DNA from: Lingula anatina
Lineage: Eukaryota > Animalia > Brachiopoda
Assembly (NCBI GenBank): GCA_051362555.1
Contig: CM120648.1
Location: forward strand, 14,070,587 to 14,134,586
Length of the DNA stretch: 64,000 bases
Direction: 5' to 3'
The notes beneath the pieces are model-generated. The model saw nothing but the letters and a program-made list of their open reading frames with translations, was not told the DNA's origin and ran no database searches. Both the position numbers and the translations under genes were made by a program. Shown one piece after another: positions 14,090-27,299 of this stretch (the stretch's first letter is position 1; every line of letters begins with the position of its first letter).

Positions 14090-14992
14090 AGATGACATCA
14101 ACACCGCTGTATACTTACTGTATAAAGTCCTGCTACTTGCTAAAATATTCGCGATTTTTAGGATGATAATTAATATTTCCTACTTTCAATATAGGCTCTC
14201 GTTGCAATATGGCATCACACATACATTTGTGACACACAAAAACGCACCTGTAATGCGTTTTAATATCCTTTTATCACAGTTGACATCCACACTTTTGTGA
14301 ACTGTATATGTATGTTCGTTTTACCGGCTAACGTCTTCTTGAATTTGGGGTTGCTAATTAATATTTTTTTACCCTCAATATCGGTTCTCGTTGCAATATG
14401 GCAAAACACATGCATTTGTGACACACAAAAGCGTGCCCGGGGTGCTTTTAATAACTTTCTATCAAAGTTGACATCAACACTACTGTGAACTGTATGTATA
14501 TGTTCATTTTACCGGCTATTGTCTGCCCGAATTTGGGGATGTAAATTAATAATTTCATTACTCTCAATATCGGCTCTCGTTGAAATATGGCACCACACAT
14601 GCACTTGTGACACACAAAAACGCGCCCGGGGTGCTTTTAATATACTTTTATCAAAGTTGACATCAACACTACTGGAAACTGTATATATATGTTCATTTTA
14701 CCGGCTATTGTCTGCTTGAATTTGGGGTTGCTAATTAATATTTTTTTACTCTCAATATCGTCTCTCGTAGAAAAATGGCACCACACATGCATTTGTGACA
14801 CACAAAAACGCGCCCGGGGTGCTTTTAATATTCTTTTATCAAAGTTGACATCAACACTACTGGGATTTCTGAATGTCCCTGTAAATATATATGTTCATTT
14901 TACCGGCTATTGTCTGCTCGAATTTGGGGATGTTAATTGATAATTGCATTACTCCCAATATCGGCTGTCGTTGGAAAATGGCACCACACATG
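14090..14992. repeat. Tandem repeat, ~188-bp unit, ~4.8 copies
   Basis: The motif tgacatc recurs near 14093, 14281, 14469, 14657 and 14845; it also generates the repeated ORF text CDTQKRARGAF. Confidence 0.9.
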
Positions 14993-16724
14993 AATCGGCC
15001 GATACATTGCTTTAAAACCAGTTATATATCAGCTCAACATAGATCAATACAATCTTTGAAACGGTAACAAGTATAGACAAACGCCAGAACCCCTTTTAAT
15101 TAGGTTACAAGAAAAAGATACTAAAAACTCGAAACAAATTTCCACGCGTTGACGCAAGCTTATATGCACTCGGAACTACTCGGATGTCTCCGCACTCGAC
15201 AATGACCTCGGACGTGATACGGAGGCATCCATATTTGATTGTTGATTGTTGGGAAGGAACTACTTTCAACCTCGCGCTAATTTAAATCTAATTCTTTCAA
15301 CGCCTGTATCTATTTATCCTTTAAATCATTGTCAATCTTAGTGCATTGTTTGGCAAACTGTAAAGCATCATAAAAATCAGGGGTATTGACAGCCATCTTT
15401 ATGAGCGTAATGATCGATTGAGTGAGAAGGCATTTCCGGCGGACAAAATGCATGGATTTGGTGCATATTTCTCCGCCTATCACATCCGAGGTTAGTATGG
15501 AGCTTGCGGAATGAGCCGAGGATTGCCGATTGAAGCTTATGTGCTCGCAACTGCAAGATGGCGGCAATGCTGTATCATAGCAACCACGAGGGACCGCGAG
15601 AAATTACGTTATCCATGCAATAGAACAAAAGAAAATCACTGAGGCACAGCGCGCGCTACCTTGATAATAAGCTGTTCAGGCTCCCGTGGAGCTATCAAAA
15701 CAGCTTATCTGAGACAATGGGCGAATGTTTACCCGAACGCACATAGCTTCAAAGGAAGATGCCACGTTTCACGTCCTTTCGTTATTATGTCCAAGCTGTT
15801 ATCAAGCCACACAAAAAACGCAAAAGGCAGTTTCCAACACCATGTGTCGCCTATCCTCTCCTCTTTCAGGTAACATGACCACGTTCAGAATGGTCTCCTT
15901 ATGTTTATGGTTTCAAACATGTGAAAGGTACTGGTACAATTATTGCCTAATGGTTTATTTACTTACAAAACCAATCAGTTATTTTCACATTTCTTCATGT
16001 ATTCGGCGACAATTTCATTATAAGCACATTTACTTTCAGTAGATCTACAGAAAAGCCATTTACATGCATTTGGGCACGTCATCCGTATTTCTACTTTCCT
16101 TTATCTTAAGCTGTGGTTTTATCTAAATAATTATTATGAGAAACAATACTGGTGCATACCTAAGCATTTTGCCACCTGCTCACAGAAAAAAACACAGTTT
16201 GCTGAAAACTAACTATTATAAAGTAAAGTAAAGCTATTATAAAGTTCCATGAAGGCAGTCTCCAGAAAATTCTGAAACTCAGGCCGGAAGAGACTGGAGA
16301 AAACTGATAATTCCGGCATCTTTCAGTGTATTATTCGTTTGCTTCATTGGCGATTGATCTTTGAGACACTTACAAATAAGACGTCTGTCAGAGTCTGTTT
16401 TAACAGCAAGGGTGAAGTAAGGGGAGCTGTACAAATGCAAGTGTAACCTACCAAACGTATATGTACTTTACAGGTGGAACGCTTTTTATCTTCATGATCA
16501 GCAATAGCTGTCAGCCAGTCACAACACATATTTATCTATAAAATGTCCCCCAAAAAGCAACACAGCGGTGAAGTAAAATAACTATTTATTGACGTTGTCT
16601 TCGATCGGCTTTGGTTGGTTTTTGTGGTGTTAATAGATTAATGCCGCCATGACCGCCCTGAAAACATTCTAAGTAATGAATACAGTGCGAATCAGCGAGG
16701 TGTGTGTGTGTTATGTTAGAGCAA

Positions 16725-17845
16725 GGGGTCAGCGAGGTTAATGTGGTACACTAGAGAGGAGTCCACGAGCTTAATGTGGTACACTAGAGTGAGGAGTCCA
16801 CGAGCGTAATGTGGTACACTAGAGTGAGGAGTCCACGAGCGTAATGTGGTACACTAGAGTGAGGAGTCCACGAGCTTAATGTGGTACACTAGAGTGAGGA
16901 GTCCACGAGCGTAATGTGGTACACTAGAGTGAGGAGTCCACGAGCTTAATGTGGTACACTAGAGTGAGGAGTCCACGAGCTTAATGTGGTACACTAGAGT
17001 GAGTGGTACACTAGAGTGAGGAGTCCACGAGCTTAATGTGGTACACTAGAGTGAGTGGTACACTAGAGTGAGGAGTCCACGAGCTTAATGTGGTACACTA
17101 GAGTGAGGAGTCCACGAGCTTAATGTGGTACACTAGAGTGAGTGGTACACTAGAGTGAGGAGTCCACAAAGTGTATGTGGTACACTAGAGAGGCCAACAA
17201 GTTGTATGTGGTACACTAGAGTGAGGAGTCAGCGAGGTGTTAGTACAGTACTGTTAGGAGTCAACGAGGTGTATGAGGAACACTAGAGTGAGGAGTCAGT
17301 GTGGTGTTTTTGGTACACTAGAGTGAGGAGTCAGTGAAGTGTATGAGGAACACTAGAGTGAGGAGTCAGTGTGGTGTTTAAGGTGCACTGAAGTGGGAGT
17401 CAGCAAGGTGTATGTGGTACACTAAATTGAGGAGTCAGAGAGGTGTTTTTGGTACACTAGAGTATGGAGTCAACTAGGTGTATGTGTTACACAAGTGTGA
17501 TGGGACAGCAAGGTGTATGTGTTACACTACAACGAGTAAGGTTTAACTGGTAAATAAGAGTGAAGATTCAACGAGTTAAGTGTGGTACACTAGAGTAAGG
17601 AGTCTGTGAGGTGTATGTGGTACACTAAATTGAGAGTCAGAGAGGTGTTTTTGTTACACTAGAGTATGGAGTCAACTAGGTGTATGTGTTACACAAGTGT
17701 GAGGGGATACCAAGATGTATGTGTTACACTACAACGAGAAGTCAGTGAGGTGTATGTGGTACATTAGAGTGAGGAGTCAGTGAAGTGTATGTGGTACAAT
17801 AAAGTGAGGAGTCAGCGAGGTGTACGTGGTACACTAGAGTGAGGA
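16725..17845. repeat. 35-bp minisatellite (aatgtggtacactagagtgaggagtccacgagctt), homogeneous on the left and degenerate on the right
   Basis: Near-identical head-to-tail units to about 17167, diverged units afterwards; no unique spacers. Confidence 0.95.
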
Positions 17846-20800
17846 TCACACCAGGAGGACGAGTGTTCTGTCTGACCCATCCCACGCTTCACTTTGCGTG
17901 ACGTACAGTTTGATAGGGGATACACATGCATATTCTCTCTCGCGCGGCTTTATTCTCACATGGTACATGTATTGGTTGGCTTGTCGAGATGCAGGTGTTT
18001 CCGCACTGCATTACATTTTACTCAAAGATATGGTTTGGTTTTGAATATTTCGTCTAACTACATCGATTAAAATACGGAAGCATGGTGTTGGACTGTTCAT
18101 AGTCTTATCTACATGTAGAACGATGGGCCACACTTTCTTCATTACGCATGTGCTGTCTGTGTAAAGGCCATAATGCCTTGACCTTTCGTCTTTTTTTGTG
18201 TTATCACAGACCAAAGTATATAAATATAGAACAGCATTACAATTGCAACAAAACGATGGTGATCGATAAACGTGCAACCTACGGCCACAGTTTAGTGCCT
18301 GCAATCACAAAATTACGACATGAATGTTTCCTGGCTATTTTCTTTAAGTTAGTGTATCTTTAAGTTAGTGTGTATATATTGTATTGAATGCAATGACTCT
18401 CTAAAGTTTCTGAATCTGTTTTATAGTTACTTGGTTACACATCACTGTTTGTTTATATATCTGTTCATGTTAACATTTATATAAATACTTTAGACTTCTG
18501 TACAAGTGAGTATATCATTCACACTCGATCAGATGTCAGAAACACAAAGCCCTAACTGTTCTTGTGTGTATATTTCAGTTAATCTCTCGACGGCTGGCGA
18601 TGATATATATTATTAAGAGACTCGATTGGTAGGTAAACTTATTGTCACTTCAGGCACATCGTGTCCTCCTAATTGAAAATCTACTAATGCGTTGACACAG
18701 AAAAATGAATTTAAGCGTGCAAATGTAAATAGGCGAACGTGGGTATGAATTATGAATTGCTTCATGGTATCTTTAAAGGACTGCATTTCATATGATGGTT
18801 TATATCAACTCGATGTGCCATGTTGTTTATATTGCATGTGGGTTTCACGTGGTCTCTACAACGGGTCGCATTCTAACCCTCACAATTGGTCAAAAGTACA
18901 TTTATACGTATGTGTGTTGACATTTACATGCGTTTCATTCATTTAGTTTATGAATATAGACGGATTGATGTGCAAATTGTACACTCAAATGAGACGTAGA
19001 AGTATACCTCCTGATGAACCTCTATGGCGTGTACATGTACATGTATTGGCTATATAAAGTGGTTATTTAGCTTTTCATTAAACATACTTGAAAGAAACAA
19101 GAGTTCATATTTGCTTCAGTCTGTTAACGTAAGACATTTTTTTTGTCATTGAACATATATTATCCTATTTACCACACCCTTCAGAAAACTCAACCAAATT
19201 GGCATCATCTGTAGAAAAAAATCATCTGGTCTTATCGACGTAACCATGGTGCTAACCGCTTTGGCTTTCACTTAGCAAGGGTACTGTCGTGTTAACTGAT
19301 GATATTAACGAGGTCACCGCTAAATTGCTAAATCATGGCATTAACCAACGAAAATGTTGATTTGATATATGTAAATGTTGGGTATTATGTTAGCCAGACA
19401 CCTTGAGTTAAACAGGAAGTATTAACTCTATTCCGAGCTCAGGCCGCTGGGCCAACATCCTACTGCTACATGATAATGGCGCCTCTCCTAAGACAATGAA
19501 TTCCCAACATGGCATATAAGCAGGGGTGAAATCATTGAGAAATCACGGTGTGACAGGGATGGTAGTCCTAGGATAGGATGTCCAGCGTCCCATATCAAGG
19601 TTGTTGAACTCCGAAGCCGAAAATACGTTGAGTTTTACACACAGTACACTTAAAATAATATCTGCACCAAATAACTACATTTTTTGGGTTTCTTCGTCGA
19701 AAAATGTCACCCAAGCAAAGTAATGGATTATGGTCCATAGCGGACTGTCGTACCTGTCACATCGCATGTCACAACGCATGCAAAATCTGGATAGGATATA
19801 AAAGCAAAACAGTTCAGTTATTAAATCCGTTTGATCATTAGCTTTGCTTGTAGATGCAGTGTGAATAACGTTCTATTTCCTTCGTCTGATTATTCTTTAT
19901 TCGCATCTCCTGAGATTAATTTTCTGCATATCATATATCAACTGTTTTCAGTACCGTAGCAACTGGCTGGTAAGCAATGAGACAAACCGCAAACTGGCTA
20001 GTGGGTGGAGTGGGGGTGGGGGTGGATGTCTACTTTACCCTTAACATGAAACTGACTATAAACACTTATCTAAATATATAAGGAGTTTAAAGGCAAATGA
20101 AACTTTTAAAACGTAATAATAAGTTATTTATATAACCTTTTCGTAAACAAACTACATAATTTGTAAGAAGCATTCACATCTATGTTCGATATTGTGAAAC
20201 AGACCATATTCATCATTCATAATAACTCATTTTCTCCTGTTTTTCCTTATTGCTCAGGGTCACTTTTACCTTCCCATTTATTCAAAACCGCGTACAAAAA
20301 CATGTTTCCTAGATTACTGTTAATTTAATTCGACCGGACTGAATTTTTCCTGTCTCTAGCTATTTGATGGCAACAATTATCCTCGGTGTGTTATCTCAAG
20401 ATACGATGTTTGTTATCAAAAACGCATTGTAATAAAATTGAAATATGTTGTTAACATAAAATATACAAGTTCTATAAAGCCTACTGGTAATCAAGCACAA
20501 AGCCAGCTTAATTTTGCAGCTAAATTACCACTCTTGTCGTTATTAAAAAAGAAAAAAAACATCGGGGTAATCTTTTATTTTCAGTAATATGATAAAATAT
20601 TGCTGTATTATGTGTTGGATTGTCAAGTAATATGTGTTGATATAAATTTGCATCTTATGTTCCGTAATGTATGTAGGAGGGAGGACGGGAGTGAAATAAA
20701 TAGATGGAAAAAAACACAAAATTAAGACAAAAATAATACACTATGACACAATAGGTCAATAACATATATGCACATTTTCAATCAGCATTCAATAAATATT

Positions 20801-20859
20801 CAATAGCAGACACCAAACTGGCACTGAATCATGCCACCAATAACAAAGATTTTACTTAC

Positions 20860-21064
20860 TTTCTCCCTCTATCCAGTTTCTGTTGAATATCACTGTGATC
20901 GTCACTGTTAATGCCATAAAACCACAAAAGAGCCCTCCCTGTCGGAAAGGCCGCCATAACGTTCTTTCCTTAATATGATATTCTTCTGGTAATTCAATCA
21001 CTGTAGTTCGACTCTCCGTGCTATTCTCACGGGCTTTGAATTTCAGGAAATTTTTCATCTTCAT
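20860..21064 (-). CDS. TMEM47-like gene, first coding exon of the proximal isoform (N-terminus and TM1); exon probably starts at about 21247
   Basis: ATG at 21064; RTLWRPFRQGGLFCGFMALTVTITVIFNRNWIEGE resembles TMEM47 VLTPLKLVGLVCIFLAL...W; A|gtaagt phase-1 donor; the four joined exons give 705 nt = 234 aa + stop. Confidence 0.8.
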
Positions 21065-21446
21065 AGCTTGTGTTGAGAGTTTACTGTATTTGCTTGGCGG
21101 CTCCGTGGTTGCCGTTTGAGTGAACAATGTGTAAGGAATATGCACAACTCAGCTGTGAAGCTGAATTAATTCCAAGTAGAAAGGCCTGCAGGGGTTCCAC
21201 TTCGTGATTGTCTCCACAAAAAGGTTTGCGGCGCGGTGTCGCTTGCTCTGAATATCACAATCAAACAGGCAAAGACCACGTGAAAAAGAAGTTAAAATGT
21301 GATTCCTAATAGAACTGGACTTGTCCTGTTGAGTTTTCAAAGGTTGGTGGCCAATTCGGAGCCTCCTATCCCGTAAAAATGGTATTGGTGTTCCCTCTAC
21401 CTAGCCTTAATACAGGCGTACGATTGGGAAATACGGTTATGTCCCA

Positions 21447-21490
<44 letters not shown>

Positions 21491-23637
21491 ATGTATTCCA
21501 ATTAGAACAACTCGGTTGATTTAGCTTGCCTAATGTTTCAGATCAATTGCCGACTTGGCATGATGAGCCCTCTATCATGCTATACTTGGAATTGATGACT
21601 CTAGTATTTTCCGATATTACATGCATAACAAACACCGCATTCTCTCTCCTGTTCTCCGTTAAGATATGTCCACTGGCTGTCGACATTAATATAACTGCAA
21701 ACGAACGTATTAAATTAACACTCGCGAACGCTGGAAGATACCCTGACATATACACGATGAATAGATCTTAACTTGTAAATTCCATCATTATTTGGTCCGA
21801 ATTATTTCCAGTTGTTAATCTTTTAAATTGCGCACCAATTTGCGCATTGCTCCTTAAGCTTTCTGGGGATGTCTTTTCTATTTCCCCAAATCCCCCAGCT
21901 ATTTCTATTCACCAAAATTAGGTCAAGATATTTGCCTAAGACCACCGGCGGCCATATTGATAAAGTCGTGGAATTTGTAATGCGTCAGTGTGCTTATAAG
22001 ATGTTTGGAGTTCTCGTTGTGCTTTCACTCTATTCTAATTGCAATATCCGTTACTCATCTTTATATCAAGTTTATCCATTTACGAATCAACCAACTGACT
22101 TGAATTAAATCGCAGATTTTTTCCATGCAAGTTCACCTAGATTAAAATTCTTATTCTATGGTGTACGTACATCATTCAGTCTACATATACTGGCGCATGC
22201 TAAAAGGTTAACTGGTGCCTTTGAAAAGCACTCATATTGTAACATATAAAGCTTTATAGCTCAAGTCATCGTGGTAAGAAATGACAGTAAGGCCGGTATG
22301 CTCGCTCCTCGAAGATCCTGTCGAACAAAGCAACAGCAACGTCTAGTCTAACCCTTTAAAATTAACCATAATGACAGACCATGAGCGTTGTGGCCTTAAC
22401 TGTGTTTGTTCTGATACACTAATCATTTGATATTTAGCCCGATTCCGTAAATACAGCTATTATAAAACTACTCACGCCTCCTTGAATATCTCTGCTGCGC
22501 GGCTGTAAAGTGATGCACAAGGAAATAGAGTTGTTGTCTTCTGAGATACGTCGAAATCAATGTTTATATTTGAAGAACGCCTACAAATGGCTCTGAATGC
22601 GCGTTACAGATTCCATTTCTGCTGGTGAAATAGTGTATTTGACTGTCATCACTAAAATGCGGGATTTGCGTGTCAACCAACTTGCTTGACAACAAGGTTA
22701 TACTAGCGAAGCGATTGTGCAAAGCAACACAAATGAATAATTCCTATGAATTTTGCAATTTACAATTCATCATATCTCTTCTTCGATGCCAACAGCATTG
22801 TCATGTTCTCTGAGTGGCTCAGTTCCGCGTTACATGTCACAGGCGTGTATAGTAAAGGTCACTAGAGCCGTTCGCTATTATTGTATTTTATAAGCAACTG
22901 GTTTCTTTGCCTAGCCCCTTGCTGTTAAAAGGTTCTAATTAGATATATGTCAAGACGTTTTATATTGACACAGTTGCGTATGTAACGCAGACACAAAACG
23001 GCAAGGTGTATGGTTGTGCATTACTGCCTTTATACAAATATAAATGAGAGCTAGATGTCGAAAGGCATTTAATTCACTCCAATAAAAAGTGCCGACTTCA
23101 TGTATTTGCCCCTGTAGAGACCTGCACACTGTTACAAGCCCTGGCTGTATTTCTAATACTGGAGAAATGTGGTGGGGTCCGAAGAAAGGCCGCGTCTGCA
23201 GGTGATGATACCGGGCCAGCACGTCGCTAGTAAATGATTGAATCTCCTTTCTTGATGATAGATGTGTGCCTGTCATACGTGCCACACGCTGTGGTAAAGT
23301 ATCAACATGTCGACGCATCTATTTACAAGTGATTCAAATCCCTTTCTGTCTACGAGGCATCTGTGCCAGGTATATAGCAGCTGGCACACATATTGACGCA
23401 TGTCAATTCGCTTTCCAACCTGGGAAAACCACATCCTGTTCTGTTCATTACCGGTATAACTTATTCTCTGATCGCAGATAATGCATCTCATGTTTCTATC
23501 TTACTGTAATCTATGGAACAGAATCCCGGTTTGTTTTGTTTATACTGGTCGGCCCTTTTTAATGAACGCAACAGTTGTCTTCCGGGCTAGAAAAGACTAC
23601 ATGGAGCAGTGCCCAGTCTGGCCAGGTGATCATATTA

Positions 23638-23812
23638 CAGGGGTGGATCCAGAGATATTTTCTGACAGGCTTCGGATTTTTCTTGATTTTTTTTTTATCC
23701 ATCCTCCATTTTTGACCATCTTCCGACAGAAAAAATTAGATATCCGTCAATGTAAACTTGAAAATCTGGCCGTCTTCCGGAAGACCCAGAAGACGGCCAA
23801 AATCCGCCCCTG
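23638..23812. mobile_element. Small TIR MITE with 5-bp TSD (hAT5-like)
   Basis: caggggtggat / atccgcccctg termini flanked on both sides by TATTA. Confidence 0.65.
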
Positions 23813-26649
23813 TATTATAGAAGAGGTCACACAGCTTGGATTATCCGGTTTCTAATAACAACCAGACCAGTACAGTCAAACATACCCAAATTGTTCAAAC
23901 GAAAAAAGCGACATCGGATTTAACGCAATAATCAAATACAAATATTGCACCTGCAAAAGTATGTCATCCGATGAACATACTTGGAAACACTTCGCCCGAA
24001 GCAGAATACAGCATATTAATGCGGTATGCTATGCTCAAAGATCGTCGGTAACCAATATTTTACAGACGCCGGCTTTCGAAGGACAAAGAATATCATCGCT
24101 TTGGAGAAGTCATAAATGACTGTGTATTGCATTATTTTGGTTTGTAAACAGCTTAACCAAGGTCACAGCTTTAAGGTCCAACATGGATTGACCGTAATTT
24201 GGCGCTTTTCGGTTTGTATGCATACCTTAAGTATACATGGCCAAGATTTTGCCAGGGAGGAAGTGGGTGCTAGAATTTTTTACCCAGTTTTGTTTGGCAA
24301 ATATGACGCAGTTGATGGCGACAATTTCACTGCAGTATGTAGGATGCATAGATTGAATAACTGCTTGGTTTTGTCTCCCTGTGCTTGTTACACCTTCCAT
24401 TTGGCAGAAGAGGGTGAAACTGGTACATCTGAAGCTGAAGAGGAGGACGCAGGGTCTCGGTGTTTTCAGAGCCGATCAGATAAGAAGTAGTTTGTGTTTA
24501 ATGTCTACCTCTGAGACATGTGGGTGGCGGCATGCTGATAATAGCTTAGAAAGGATATGATTGCAACGATGCGCCTACTGCAGCTAATAAAAATGCTTAC
24601 TTTTATGTGCCTGCTTGATCTAAATCTATATGGTTAATAAGACTTGTAAAAGTAAAAAAAAATCTAGTGTATTAAAATATACTGTAGAAAAACGAATAGT
24701 TTCAGGTACCGGTTACATTTCATCGTTAAGGAGGGGAAGGTGAGTTCATGTTATAGAGAACAACAATCTTAGTGCAATAATGCGAAAGTAAATATAGCAT
24801 TATATTAAACAAAGACAACTTTTAAAACACGAGAAAACGATAAAAGCTGTTTTTTATTTCTTGCATATTCTTTGCCATAGGGTGTCTATATAATTTTCAC
24901 TGCAAAATGACACATAAATGTTTGAGCCGGTGCCTTATTTGTAAGGAATGACCACTTTCAAATGTGAATTTCCCTCTTGAATGGATGTACATGTTGCACA
25001 CATATTTTTATTACTTTTAGAAGATTTTCTATATTTGCGCTTGGAAATTGTCAAACATATGGATACTTGTATAATAACAAGTGCTATAAAACACACACGA
25101 ATGTAGGTGTGAGAGAGCGAAAGAGAGAGAGAGAGAAAATTTTGATAAAAATGTCAAAACTTATAGTTATTTCCATTTAACCGGTGTTTCGGCTACGTTG
25201 AAAACATTCAATATTTGATTAAATGGCTGGCAAGGTGGCGAAGGCCTGGTTTCTCGGCGTCTTTTTTTTTTCTTACAAGAATGACATAGAGAATTATAAT
25301 GTGACCTTGTAGTGATCTGCGTGGGCCGTCTTTGTGACTTTGGAAGAATATAAATCAAACGGAATTTGAAATTGGGCGTTCTGCCTAATATATCAAATAT
25401 AGTCAGTCAACAAGATTCATTAACAGACTGGAAACGATTCTCAGAATCTAAAAAACGTGCGTCATCGGTTATCATGAAATTCCCAGAAACCCACTTAGAC
25501 GCGTTTGTTTATTTTTAAGTGTGCATAATGATCCGTGCTAAGTTAATTGAATGTCTACTTAGGCAATAAGCCTCCAAATCGACTCTAGTCCAGGGGGACC
25601 CGATTTATGTCACAAATTAGTCGTGGAGTCTTTGGGCCACGGCATACATGTACTATGTACTTATGTATATTGTCTAATCTTATTATCTTACACTGGGCGT
25701 GCTAAATCGTTCGAAATCGTAAGGCCTCTGTAGCCTTACAACTTTGCAAAGCTAATAAATTGGACAGATTTTAAAAAACGTAATCCAGTAGGCTGTAGCA
25801 TTATCGTAGGTGATCGTGATAATGGTTGAAGCTGCTGTTAGTCTCTTTCCGTGCCATATTTGGTGATTTAAGGAGGCATAACAATAGTAAAGATGTTTAA
25901 AAGTTAGAGAAACTGGCTTGAATGAATTTGGAATTGTGCGTTTCCTCAAACTGACCAAATGGCTGCACAAATCCTTAGGAATCTGCACAGACAATCTATC
26001 GATTTTCAAGGAACCCGCACGGAGGGCTTGCGGCAACTGCACTGAGACTGAAAGGGCTCCGCAGGATCACTTATCAGCCGACTTACCGAATTTTCCCTTC
26101 GTGACATCGAGGTCATATACGCGGAATGGTACGGCACCCGCACGCATTGTAAACGTACTCACTTGCGATATCATAAAAATCGCATACGATTTAGCGTACG
26201 GCGTCATTGGCAAATTTAATCTAGGATTAAGGCTTTTCAACATACATCATTGTATACTTCCCCTATTCTAATTGGTTTGGTCCTGAGGTACCGGTATCAT
26301 TCTTCAAATAACAAAACCGTTTCTCCATGATTGTTTACAGAACAAGGTCTATGTCTACCTGCATGTTGCAAACCGTTTCCCATGCTACTTATGGGATAAC
26401 TTCTTTGTCACTTTTCTTACAGGCCCAGTACCGATTCATTATAGGCACATTTTAATCAAGCAAATTGTATGTCAATATTTAGATGATGCGCAACCAGGCT
26501 TTTAAGAAAGAAGGAGTACAATAGAACGTTCTCGGAATTCTTTCAGAAAAATGTCGAGATCAGCATTTGCCTGTCTCATTTTATTGCTTTGCAGGAGTCA
26601 TTTGATCGGGTCTGTCACAAAACGCCTTGGTTGCCTATATGCAATTTTA

Positions 26650-26906
26650 GGGACCATTCCCAGACCCTATCGTACTAACTGTGGATCTATCTATCTCCAA
26701 GGGCATTCTAGCTAAATTGCAATCAACTTAAGCGCCTTAGAAGTCTGTCAGGTCTACTGAAGCTGCTAGGAGGTAATAAATTATTGTTTAGCAGCTTTTT
26801 TTAGGTGTGCCAGACATCTAAGCCGCTTAAACTGAAAGCAATTTAGCGAGAAACCCCTTGAATTGGATCGATTATGTTAGATTGATCTAGGTATGGGAAC
26901 CCAGTC
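26650..26906. mobile_element. Family A1 MITE, uninterrupted, inverted relative to 358-833
   Basis: Reverse complement aligns with 358-526 joined to 742-833; TTA/ATA flanks. Confidence 0.7.
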
Positions 26907-27276
26907 ATAGAATTATTGTTAAAAATCCTATCAAATATCCCTGTGAACAATTTATTACTTGTCAGCGATATAGAAACCCAGCAATCGGTTTCTGTCGAAA
27001 GTGGGTTTTAGGCAATTGCAAGGGTGTGTGGTTTCGCCATATATATTGTAACGAACGGGGCTCCAATAGCTCTACACCGATGCCGACAAAAATTTACCAG
27101 TCCAACTTTAGTTGCCGTTCTAGAGCCGTTTAAAGACGAAAAGATGCCAAATACCCCATGATTTTATACAAAGAAAGAAACGTTAGATTTGTACCGCTGT
27201 ACGGGAAAGAATCAACAATGACGTTCCAACCGTGTCGACGTGCCGTCAGAAAGTGTGACCGCGCGACCTGCGGTCA

Positions 27277-27299
27277 TGACGTCACGGTCGCTATAAATA
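27277..27299 (+). promoter_or_regulatory. LTR core promoter: palindromic CRE (TGACGTCA, 27277-27284) and TATA box (TATAAATA, 27292-27299)
   Basis: Consensus motifs ~230-250 bp into the LTR, also present in the 3' LTR. Confidence 0.7.

Noticed and set aside
14297-14940. Three similar ORFs (CDTQKRARGAF) as a peptide gene family
   Set aside because: Artefact of the 188-bp tandem repeat; the period is not a multiple of 3
16725-17845. CRISPR-like array of ~35-bp repeats
   Set aside because: Units are head-to-tail with no unique spacers, the context is eukaryotic and there are no cas genes
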